The notes under the pieces: model-generated
Told to the model about the DNA's origin: nothing
What the model saw: only the letters and a program-made list of their open reading frames with translations
Databases searched by the model: none
Program-made: the position numbers and the translations under genes
Source: an uncultured Anaerolineaceae bacterium
GTDB lineage: Bacteria; Chloroflexota; Anaerolineae; Anaerolineales; UBA11579
Length of the DNA: 64,000 nucleotides
Direction of reading: 5' to 3'
Assembly: GCA_964572455.1 (NCBI GenBank)
Contig: CAZNFL010000005.1
Coordinates: forward strand, 219 to 64,218
Part shown: piece after piece, positions 55,256 through 63,447 of the stretch
Position numbering within the stretch: position 1 is the stretch's first letter
Layout of the letters: each line of letters starts with the position of its first letter

Positions 55256-56734
55256 CTACTTCCCTTCGCGCAATTCCATACGGCCATTCACGGCCGCATA
55301 ACTCATCATGCCCTGGGGTACGTGCGGGTCGATCTGCAGGTCGCCTGAATCCATAGCTTCCCAGATCACCTGGAATGGCACTTTGTCTTTGTGCCACTTC
55401 TCCGCCATCACCACCCCATGCCCCGGCAACACTGTGAAGGCGATCAGCCGCGGGTCATCTGGATTGCGCAGCGATTCGGCGCGGGCGAAGGCGGCTTTGA
55501 TGCCGCGCGCCTGGGCTTCAGTCGCGCAGGACACCAGGTAATGATAGTAAGGGGGATCGAGTGGGACATATTCAACCAGCGCAGGATTAAATTTTTTCAC
55601 GCCGCGGTGGCCGTGAAGTTTGGAGCGCACCACGGGCACCTCGCTCTTCACACCGGCCACAGAGGCATGCGGAATCCGCGGCAGCAGCTTGTCCATATCC
55701 ATCATCTCAACCGCTTCGGAGGAAGGCGGATCGTTGCGCTTGCCTTCCACGTGGCGCACCTGTGCGCCGGCCCCATCGGCGCGCACTCCCACGATCACCG
55801 CCAGGTCGTCATCGGTGAGGCGCCCCTTGTGCACTGGGCGGGCGCTGCCGGTGATGGTGGCGATCATGGCCTGCACGCGCGGGTCCCAGGTGGCGAAGCA
55901 GCCTTCGCTGTATTGGCGGGCTACGCCTTCGTTGACCGCCGGCACCTGCACAATGTCTTCAATGCGCACCATATCGGTGAAGAACCCACGCGAGCCGATC
56001 TCGTTCCCGCCGCGGCGCATGGCTTCGGGAGTGCTCATGCTCTCCCACATTTCGCGAGTGATCAACGGTTCGATCAGCTCGTGGTTGGTAACCTCAAACG
56101 TGCTTTCGGTGGTCACAGTGCGCAACACAATGTCGGTATAAAAAGCCTCGGGGCTGGTATTCTCGCTGACCGGATAGGCTCCGACCAGGTCAAAGTGAAA
56201 AGCGCGTTCAGGATGCTTGTCTCCAACCACCAGCAGGATGCGAATGCTTTTGGCCTGGGCTTGCAGCATCCGCGATAGCGAAAGCACCGGCCCGCCGCGT
56301 ACGCCCTGATCGATCAACACGCGCGGCGCCGAGGGAGAGAGCCCCTCAAACAGGAATTCCTTCTCAGGCGGCGGCTGCTTAGCCAACGCAGTTTTAAAGC
56401 GGCCGATCCACTCGTCGAATTCTTGCGGAGTGATCTGGATGATCGTGTAAAGCACGGGGGAGTGTTTCAAGCCGAACATGCGGCGGGCGGAAAAGAAGAG
56501 CGCTTCGCGCCAGGGGATGGACTTGCCCAGGGGCGCGGTGGTGAAAAGCACCTTGGTATTTTCGGTGGGCTTTTCCACCACGCTATGACCCAGGTCCCCG
56601 AAGCGGCCGAGGAGGCCTTGGATGAATTCCTCGAGCATTGGGGACATGGGGCCGGGCACGAAAGATACTTCGATCGTGCGCAGCCAATTGTGGGTGGGAT
56701 TAGAAACTAATTCAGTAGTCTTCGTCGCTTGCAT
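55256..56734 (-). CDS. conserved-looking hypothetical protein, 492 aa, no family recognised
   Basis: Start taken at ATG 56734 (GAGG 7 nt upstream). Soluble, with no TM segment or signal peptide. Confidence 0.55.
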   Translation of the reverse strand: MQATKTTELVSNPTHNWLRTIEVSFVPGPMSPMLEEFIQGLLGRFGDLGHSVVEKPTENTKVLFTTAPLGKSIPWREALFFSARRMFGLKHSPVLYTIIQITPQEFDEWIGRFKTALAKQPPPEKEFLFEGLSPSAPRVLIDQGVRGGPVLSLSRMLQAQAKSIRILLVVGDKHPERAFHFDLVGAYPVSENTSPEAFYTDIVLRTVTTESTFEVTNHELIEPLITREMWESMSTPEAMRRGGNEIGSRGFFTDMVRIEDIVQVPAVNEGVARQYSEGCFATWDPRVQAMIATITGSARPVHKGRLTDDDLAVIVGVRADGAGAQVRHVEGKRNDPPSSEAVEMMDMDKLLPRIPHASVAGVKSEVPVVRSKLHGHRGVKKFNPALVEYVPLDPPYYHYLVSCATEAQARGIKAAFARAESLRNPDDPRLIAFTVLPGHGVVMAEKWHKDKVPFQVIWEAMDSGDLQIDPHVPQGMMSYAAVNGRMELREGK

Positions 56735-56758
56735 CACAAAACCTCGCTTTGGGGCCTT

Positions 56759-56787
56759 AAGTATAATATTAACCTGTCCTATCCTCA
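56759..56787 (-). promoter_or_regulatory. sigma70-like promoter
   Basis: Minus strand: TTGAGG (56782-56787), 17-bp spacer, TATACT (56759-56764). Confidence 0.45.
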
Positions 56788-57047
56788 AAATCATTAAAAA
56801 GCGCCCAAGAGATTGTGATCTAGGCAACAAACAGGTCAGCCCAGGTCATGCTCAGCTTGACAGATCGGTGATCAGCCTTGTCTCTTCCGCCATTTCGTGC
56901 ATAAATACGGCTGTGAGCCTGAATTGGTTGAGCGTCCAGTGCCGCCTTGCCTCGAGTACTGCCGGGGCGATCTACGCCCTGGCAACTTTGGAGCCTGTCA
57001 AGTTATGATGACCCCCCACCCCCTCTCCCCAACAATACAACTTGCCA

Positions 57048-58211
57048 CTACGGGGGAGGAAAAACGAACTCAAAGCGCCAAGTATTGTCTCCGGGGATGG
57101 AGCGGCTATCCTCATTCCTTACCTGGAACCAGGTCGTACCCGGCTTGAAGTGAAAGCGCTTCCCCTCGGCATCTACCAGATAAAGCAACTTGCCTTCTTC
57201 GCGCACCCACTCCAGCTGAAAAACCTGCCCGTCGCGGAAGGCGTAGGCCAGGTCGTGGCCGGAGAAATCCATATCCACCACCTCTACCACCGGGAGGATG
57301 GCGGTGCCGGCCTGATAGAAATTGTGGAAATGGGGGATATACAGCACGACCACATTGTCGGCGCTGATCTGCTGCCCGGTGAGCCGGTCGCGTAACGGGG
57401 CATAGCCCTCGCCGCCGGCGTAGGTTTCCTGGGTGTCCTGGAAACGCAGATAACGGCCGCTATCCGCGTCGTATTTCCAATATGCATATGCTGAATAGGA
57501 ATAATAGGTGTAGATGCGCGCGACCGCCGCGCCGCCGGCAGGTATGGCCGCGTCAAAAGGCATGCCTTCGAGGTTAGGGCGAGCATTGACTCCTCCGCGC
57601 CTCGAAGAATAAATCCCGACGGTGGCTGTATCCGCCAGCAAATAATTATAGGTATCGGGTAGATAGCGGCATGCAGGCCGTGGCGGGCAGGGATTGCCCG
57701 CCAGCAAGCCGATCATTTGCCAAGCCGGCTTCTCTTCCTTAAAACGCTCGAGCACGCGGAAATCTGCGCTGGCAAACACCAGGATGTTTTCGTAGATTTC
57801 GGTGAGATAGCTGTCGAACAAGCGGCCGGAACGGATCGGGCCAGCCAGCGGCGCATCCTGCCCATAAAAAATGGCGTAGAAGCGGGTGAGGTCGTTGTTG
57901 TGGTAGTACTCGTACACAATGTCCGCCAGGGAGAGGCCCCATTGGGGGCGAATGGAACGCGGGTAATTGCTGATCTTGACCGCCACCGGCCGGCGCTCCA
58001 GCATGGCGGGGTCGGCGACGCGCAGGCCGGTGAGCGGATTGATGTCTGGGGGCAGGATGTCCGCAGCAATCGGCGAGCCGCCCAAATCAGCAATGGCTGG
58101 GATAGGGCCGGGCTGCCCGGCCGGAGCGGAGGTCGTGGTGCTCTGCGGCTGGAAGGGAGTTGGCGTGTGGCGCGGGCCGCTAGCCCTCCGGCGTGGCGGT
58201 GGTGAACCCAC
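57048..58211 (-). CDS. DUF3048 family protein (mature part; signal peptide is out of frame upstream)
   Basis: INPLTGL...RPVAVKISNYP...ADIVYEY is typical of DUF3048/YerB. The ORF starts at a GTG with no signal peptide. Confidence 0.75.
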   Translation of the reverse strand: MGSPPPRRRASGPRHTPTPFQPQSTTTSAPAGQPGPIPAIADLGGSPIAADILPPDINPLTGLRVADPAMLERRPVAVKISNYPRSIRPQWGLSLADIVYEYYHNNDLTRFYAIFYGQDAPLAGPIRSGRLFDSYLTEIYENILVFASADFRVLERFKEEKPAWQMIGLLAGNPCPPRPACRYLPDTYNYLLADTATVGIYSSRRGGVNARPNLEGMPFDAAIPAGGAAVARIYTYYSYSAYAYWKYDADSGRYLRFQDTQETYAGGEGYAPLRDRLTGQQISADNVVVLYIPHFHNFYQAGTAILPVVEVVDMDFSGHDLAYAFRDGQVFQLEWVREEGKLLYLVDAEGKRFHFKPGTTWFQVRNEDSRSIPGDNTWRFEFVFPPP

Positions 58212-58272
58212 AGGCCGTGAGCAGTAGGCAAGCGAGAAGCAGGGTCACCGTGGGAGAAAAATATTTCAGCAT
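58180..58272 (-). pseudogene. detached lipoprotein signal peptide ORF (30 codons) of the DUF3048 gene
   Basis: ATG 58272: MLKYFSPTVTLLLACLLLTACGFTTATPEG, then TAG at 58180-58182. It is offset by one nucleotide from the main ORF. Confidence 0.6.
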
Positions 58273-58384
58273 GAGTTAACTATGCGAACAAGATCTTCTT
58301 GGATAGGAATTGAATGATAGAATCCGAGCGATATTCTACTCAGGAAGAACCTAAACCGAGGGCGCCGTGTCAGCAGGGAATAAG

Positions 58385-58543
58385 ATGGATCCAAAACCGA
58401 ACAGCAACCGTGTATTGCGCATTATTCTATTGTCTATCGGCGGGGTGATGCTGTTGGCGCTGTTATGCTGCATTTGCACGTTAGCGGTCGGCTGGTACAC
58501 GGGCGACTACTTTATCGAGTTGCTCATGCAGATGGGTCGATAG
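58385..58543 (+). CDS. possible 52-aa single-TM protein
   Basis: MDPKPNSNRVLRIILLSIGGVMLLALLCCICTLAVGWYTGDYFIELLMQMGR, translated by hand. Its convergent 20-nt overlap with the DUF402 gene end lowers confidence. Confidence 0.3.
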   Translation: MDPKPNSNRVLRIILLSIGGVMLLALLCCICTLAVGWYTGDYFIELLMQMGR

Positions 58544-59054
58544 CTTCAACTCGAGAATTATCACTCCCTTTAAATTTCTCCTCGAAGCGCTGCTGCAATT
58601 CGGCCAGCCCGGCGCGGGCCTGGGCCTGAACGCCGGGAGCCAGGCCGAGTGCCTGGAATTCGTCCTCGTCCAGCACCACCTGGCGCCCATCCGGATAGAC
58701 CACCAGATCCAAGGCCAGATCGCTGTATGCGATCAGGTCTCCGCTGATCTCCGCCGGATATGACACGTTGCAATACCAGCCCTTTAAGATGTCGTCGCCG
58801 TGGTCGCGTATCTCGTAAATGTTGTACCAACGCTTACTGAAATAAGTTTCCAAAAAGCGGTCGCCGCGCTTGATAGGGATATTAATCAGCATGGCGTGGT
58901 CTAGCGAAAAAGGCGCTTCGATCATTATTTCGTCCGCGGAGCGTTGGAGAACTTTGCCCGCGTAGCGAATTACTTCCAACCCCAAATGATTGCGTTTAAT
59001 GATGGTGATGTCAGGCTTCACGCGGGAACACCTGGACGGCCTTTTTGGGGTCAA
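58524..59054 (-). CDS. DUF402 domain protein
   Basis: RWYNIYEI...KGWYCNV...DLALDLVVYPDG is typical of DUF402. The start is uncertain (ATG 59054 or GTG 59020). Confidence 0.7.
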   Translation of the reverse strand: MTPKRPSRCSRVKPDITIIKRNHLGLEVIRYAGKVLQRSADEIMIEAPFSLDHAMLINIPIKRGDRFLETYFSKRWYNIYEIRDHGDDILKGWYCNVSYPAEISGDLIAYSDLALDLVVYPDGRQVVLDEDEFQALGLAPGVQAQARAGLAELQQRFEEKFKGSDNSRVEAIDPSA

Positions 59055-60054
59055 AGCTGAGCTGCAATGTGGCTCCCGTCTTTGGCAAGGCCGCGTCCGA
59101 AGGCAACTCTAACACCAGTTGAGTCCCGCCCACTTTGACCTTTGCTTGCAGGTTCCTGCCGCGGAAACGCTTCGAGATCAGACGCGCGTTCAGTTTGGCC
59201 GGCAAGCTGCGCCCGAGCTTGATCGCGTCCGGGCGCAGCAGGATGGTCACCGCGCCGCGCAGCCGCGTCTTCGGCGCGGGCAGCTTGCCAACGGGGGTCT
59301 CAAGCCAGGTGCGCCTCCCTTTTGTCGCAATGCGGGCGGGCAGCAGATTGTGCATGCCAAGAAAGCTGGCTACAAAAGCAGTCGCAGGATGGCGATAGAG
59401 TTCCTCCGGGGCGGCCACCTGTTCCACGCGCCCGGCTCTGAGCAGCACAATGCGATCGGCGATGGCATAGGCTTCTTCCTGGTCGTGGGTCACATACAGG
59501 CTGGTTTGCCCGGCCTTGCGCAAGATGGCGGCTAATTCTTCCAGCAGACGAGTGCGCAGAGCGCGGTCCAGCGAGCCCAGCGGCTCATCCAGCATGAGCA
59601 GGCGCGGCTGAGGCGCCAGGGCGCGGGCCAGCGCCACACGCTGCTGCTCGCCACCCGAGAGAGAGCTAACTTCACGGCGTTCAAAGCCTGCCAAGCCCAC
59701 CAACTGCAAAACTTCGCTCACCCGGCGCTGAATTTGCGCAGCGGGCTTGGCGACCAACTGCAGACCAAAGGCCACATTGCCAAATACATCGCGGTGCGGG
59801 AAAAGGGCATAGTCCTGGAACATCAGTCCAAAGCCGCGGCGATGCGCCGGCAGGTTGACAATATTCTTTCCGTTCCAGCGCACCACGCCGCGATCGGCGC
59901 GATCCAACCCAGCCACAATAGAGAGCAGCGTGGACTTGCCGCTGCCGCTGGGGCCGAGCAGCGCCACGATCTCACCGGTCTTGACCTTGAGCGAAACGCT
60001 GTTCAGCGCCGGTTTGCCATCGAAAGCTTTATGCAGATCGCGGATCTCTAGCAT
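59011..60054 (-). CDS. ABC transporter ATP-binding protein (thiamine/iron-type importer)
   Basis: Start at MLEIRDLHKAF (TGATG overlap with the permease stop). Walker A GPSGSGKST, LSGGEQQR, MLDEP. The 531-aa ORF-track version is an artefactual 5' extension. Confidence 0.85.
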   Translation of the reverse strand: MLEIRDLHKAFDGKPALNSVSLKVKTGEIVALLGPSGSGKSTLLSIVAGLDRADRGVVRWNGKNIVNLPAHRRGFGLMFQDYALFPHRDVFGNVAFGLQLVAKPAAQIQRRVSEVLQLVGLAGFERREVSSLSGGEQQRVALARALAPQPRLLMLDEPLGSLDRALRTRLLEELAAILRKAGQTSLYVTHDQEEAYAIADRIVLLRAGRVEQVAAPEELYRHPATAFVASFLGMHNLLPARIATKGRRTWLETPVGKLPAPKTRLRGAVTILLRPDAIKLGRSLPAKLNARLISKRFRGRNLQAKVKVGGTQLVLELPSDAALPKTGATLQLSFDPKKAVQVFPREA

Positions 60055-61757
60055 CAAAACTCCCCGACTTCTGCAACGCGCAATTTCTCGATGGCCAGCA
60101 TGCCGCCGCCGGCGACCAGCATCAGGATGGTACTCAGCGCCATGGCCTGCCCATAGGTGAGGGTGCCGGGTTGCGCCAGCAGGCGATAGATCAAGACCGG
60201 GATGGTGGGATTCTCCGGACGGGCGATGAGGGCCGTGGCGCCAAATTCGCCGAGCGAAATGGCGAAGGCGAACATAGCTGCCACGAGCAGGGCGCGGCCC
60301 ACCAGCGGAAGGTCTATGTAACGCAGCACTTGCGCAGGCGCAGCGCCCAGGACGGCGGCGGCCTGCCTGAGCCGCGGCCGAATACTGCGCAACGCGGGCG
60401 TGAGGCTGCGCACTACAAAGGGCAGGGCTACCAGGCTGTGTGCCAGCGGGATGAGCAAGGGGGAGGTGGCCAGATCCAGCGGCGGGCCATTCAAGGCGAC
60501 GATGAAGCCCAGTCCAAGCGTGACCGCCGAGGTGCCGAGAGGCAGCATTAATAGCGGGTCGAGTAGCCGGCTGAGCGGCGCGTCCCCGCGCCGCGCCAGG
60601 GCCCAAGCGGCCGGCAAGCCGATGGCCAGCGCCAGGGCGACGGTGGAGCCGGCGTAGACCAGCGAGGTGCGAATGGCTTCACCGGGGGTGGCGAAGAACA
60701 CAGAGCCGCGCGGGTCCTCGCTTAAAGCCAGGTAATAATCCAAGGTCAGGCCGGGTGGGGCCGCGGCTTGGCCGCGCTCGGCGCCCAACCGCGAGAAGGA
60801 GCGCAGCGCCAATCCGCCCAGCGGCGCGGCGAAAAATATAGCCAAGAGGATGAGGAACGCGCCGGCCGCCCACTTAGCGCGCCGCGAAGCAAAAGGCTGG
60901 GCCACGGCCTGCGGAGCGCGCAACTCCAGCGGGCGCGAAAGTTTCGCCGAAAGGCGCGTGTAGATGACTGTCAGCGCCAGTGTGCACAATAATTGGATCA
61001 ATGCCAGTGCGGCCGCGGTGGGAAGATCAAATAGCGCCACAGTCTGGTAATAGATCTCGGTTTCCAAAGTGGCAAAGCGCGGGCCGCCCAAGATCAGGAT
61101 GACGCCGAACGAAGTGAAATCGAAAATGAAGACGAGCAAGGCCGACGCAGCCAGAGCCGGGGCGATCGTGGGTAGGGTGACCTGGCGGAAGACCTGCCAG
61201 GGATTGGCTCCCAGGCTGCTAGCAGCCTGTTCGATGCGCGGGCTGAGCCGCGCCCAGAAATCGCCGACCAAACGCAACACGATGGTCAGGTTGTAGAAGA
61301 CGTGGGCGACCAAGATGGCGCCGAAGGTGTTCACGAATTGGAGCGGCGGGCTATCCAGGCCGAGCAAGCCCATAGCGGCCTGGTTGACCCAGCCGCGCGG
61401 CCCAAGCAGGGCATCAAAGGCCGCCGCCACCACCAGAGTGGGCAGCACGAAGGGCACGCCGCTGAGGGCGCGCAGCAAGCTCTTGCCGCGGAAGCGATGG
61501 CGGGCAACCAAGTAGGCGGCGGGCAAGCCCAGCGCCAGGGTGAGCAGCGTGGAGAGCGCCGCTTGCCAAAAAGTGAAGCCGATCACACCGCGCAGCCCGG
61601 CGTTGGAGAGCACCGCGACGAAAGGCTGCAGCCAACCTTGGCCAAGGGCGAAACTGAGATCGAGGATGCTGGCGAGCGGATAAAAGTAAAAGACGGCCAG
61701 GAAGGCCAGTGGCAGCAGCCACAAAAGCAAAGGGGCTAAGAGCCGCGCATATCTCAC
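60054..61757 (-). CDS. ABC importer permease, duplicated two-domain type (ThiP/FbpB-like)
   Basis: 567 aa with two tandem permease halves. GTG start overlapping the upstream stop (GTGA). Confidence 0.8.
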   Translation of the reverse strand: MRYARLLAPLLLWLLPLAFLAVFYFYPLASILDLSFALGQGWLQPFVAVLSNAGLRGVIGFTFWQAALSTLLTLALGLPAAYLVARHRFRGKSLLRALSGVPFVLPTLVVAAAFDALLGPRGWVNQAAMGLLGLDSPPLQFVNTFGAILVAHVFYNLTIVLRLVGDFWARLSPRIEQAASSLGANPWQVFRQVTLPTIAPALAASALLVFIFDFTSFGVILILGGPRFATLETEIYYQTVALFDLPTAAALALIQLLCTLALTVIYTRLSAKLSRPLELRAPQAVAQPFASRRAKWAAGAFLILLAIFFAAPLGGLALRSFSRLGAERGQAAAPPGLTLDYYLALSEDPRGSVFFATPGEAIRTSLVYAGSTVALALAIGLPAAWALARRGDAPLSRLLDPLLMLPLGTSAVTLGLGFIVALNGPPLDLATSPLLIPLAHSLVALPFVVRSLTPALRSIRPRLRQAAAVLGAAPAQVLRYIDLPLVGRALLVAAMFAFAISLGEFGATALIARPENPTIPVLIYRLLAQPGTLTYGQAMALSTILMLVAGGGMLAIEKLRVAEVGEF

Positions 61758-62227
61758 TTAAAATTCCAGCGCGTAGCGCTTTGCGGAAAATCTTTTTCGC
61801 GCCAGGCAAAAATTTTTGAGGCGAGCAGCTTGAAGATCAAACCGGGCCCTTGCATGGGCATCCCATATTTCTTTTTGTAGTCCTTGTCGAGAGAGCGCAA
61901 AACCGAGCTGTCCTTCACCTCGGCGACAATGCCTTCGAGGATGACTACTTCGTCCCCGCTTTCCAAATGTACGCTGACCTGCGGCGCGGCGGCCAGGTTG
62001 CGGCCCTTGCGCGAATCGGCCCCGGTGCTGAAGTAGAAAGCGCCGGCGTGCCACAAGCCCCACACCGGGGCAGCGTGGGGGCCCTGGGCACCGGCGGTGC
62101 TCACCCAATAATTGCGGGCGGCGGCCATGCGTTCCGCGACGAAATCCCACGGCAGCAGACCGGCACCTTCGCATGCGGCGACGATGCCGTAACCGGGCAT
62201 GAAAGGCCGGCTGTGTTTGGTTTTCAT
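61754..62227 (-). CDS. pyridoxamine 5'-phosphate oxidase fold family protein
   Basis: Start at ATG 62227 after AAGGAG. NYWVSTAG...PHAAPVWGLW is typical of the PPOX family. Confidence 0.65.
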   Translation of the reverse strand: MKTKHSRPFMPGYGIVAACEGAGLLPWDFVAERMAAARNYWVSTAGAQGPHAAPVWGLWHAGAFYFSTGADSRKGRNLAAAPQVSVHLESGDEVVILEGIVAEVKDSSVLRSLDKDYKKKYGMPMQGPGLIFKLLASKIFAWREKDFPQSATRWNFK

Positions 62228-62300
62228 ATGCTGAATCTCCTTCGACGCATTTCGAATCCCGCAAGCAAGATATTGTGGCCCATAAATCCGGATCATTGAG

Positions 62301-62372
62301 TTGCAGAATCCGGTTATTCCGAAGACCGCATCATAATAATTCTTCGGCTCGCCGAGCTCGCCTCAGAATGAC
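62301..62372 (-). repeat. long-form family 1 copy (subfamily A)
   Basis: See the 55151-55223 copy. Lies inside the thiamine operon, between the SBP and PPOX genes. Confidence 0.9.
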
Positions 62373-62388
62373 ACCGCGAAATGGATTG

Positions 62389-63435
62389 TTACCTAAGCAC
62401 CGTTTCTGTCCAAGCCTGGATCCATTCTTCGCGGTGGGCGGCGATATCCTGCGGGCTGATGAAGGCGGTCTCTTGCGGCTCGACTAGGAAATTTACAAAT
62501 TCAGCGGGGAGCTGTGCGTTGGGATTGACCGGGAACACGAACATTTGCAGCGGGAGATCTTCCTGAAAGGTCGGGGACAACATGAAATCCACCCAAGCTT
62601 CGGCAAGCTCGCGCTGCGGTGTGCCCTTAAGGATGCCGACGAATTCGATCTGGCGGAAGCAGGATCCGTTGGAGACGACCGCGGCGGTGACCGGCGCATC
62701 CATCGGTTCCTCGGCGAAGATCAGGTCCACGGGCGGGCTGGAGGCGTAGGAAACCACGATGGGGCGCTGCCCGCCCCAGTGGCTGTACTCGGTGTAAAAG
62801 GCGGTCTCCCAGTCGTTGACCACCTTGACCTGGTTGGCCACCAAACCTTCCCAATACGCCAGGTAGCCATCCTCACCAAAATGGCCGATGGTGGCCAGCA
62901 GGAAAGCCAGGCCGGGGGACGAAGTGGCAGGATTCTGCACCACCAGCAAGCTCTTGTATTGAGGCTTCAGCAAATCTTCCAGGGAAGCTGGAGGAGCCAG
63001 ATCGTATTCCTCGAAATAGCCCAGGTCGTAATTCAAGCACACGTCCCCATAGTCCACGGGCAGGGCGCGGTGCTCGGGATCGAGGTCGAACTCAGTAGGG
63101 ATAGCGGCCAGCAGCGGCGACTCGTAGGCCTCGAAGATGTCCCCATCCAAGGCACGGCTGAGAAAGGTGTTGTCCACGCCGTAAAAGACATCCGCCAGCG
63201 GGGCGTTTGCCGATAAGACCGCCCGATTGGTGGCCTCGCCGGCGTCGCCAAGCTTGAGGAAGACGACCTCGGCATTGTGCGCGGCCTCGAACTCAGCGAC
63301 TACATCTTCCGAGACCGCGAACGAGTCGTGCGTCATCACCGTGAGCGTTTGCCGAACGGCCGGGGAGGCCGGGGCAGTGCAAGCGGGCAAGCCAAGCAGC
63401 AGCAAGAAAAATAATGCTCTCGATAAAATTTTCAT
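62389..63435 (-). CDS. thiamine-type ABC transporter substrate-binding lipoprotein
   Basis: Lipobox LGLPAC. LTVMTHDSFAVSEDVV...VFYGVDNTF resembles TbpA/ThiB-type SBPs. Adjacent to the thiamine diphosphokinase gene. Confidence 0.7.
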   Translation of the reverse strand: MKILSRALFFLLLLGLPACTAPASPAVRQTLTVMTHDSFAVSEDVVAEFEAAHNAEVVFLKLGDAGEATNRAVLSANAPLADVFYGVDNTFLSRALDGDIFEAYESPLLAAIPTEFDLDPEHRALPVDYGDVCLNYDLGYFEEYDLAPPASLEDLLKPQYKSLLVVQNPATSSPGLAFLLATIGHFGEDGYLAYWEGLVANQVKVVNDWETAFYTEYSHWGGQRPIVVSYASSPPVDLIFAEEPMDAPVTAAVVSNGSCFRQIEFVGILKGTPQRELAEAWVDFMLSPTFQEDLPLQMFVFPVNPNAQLPAEFVNFLVEPQETAFISPQDIAAHREEWIQAWTETVLR

Positions 63436-63447
63436 GACAACCTCCAG

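Noticed and set aside
56790-57047. A structured ncRNA or riboswitch in the repeat-free spacer upstream of the 492-aa gene.
   Set aside because: I could not identify conserved riboswitch cores, strong hairpins or a terminator. It is kept only as an open question inside the finding on the 492-aa protein.
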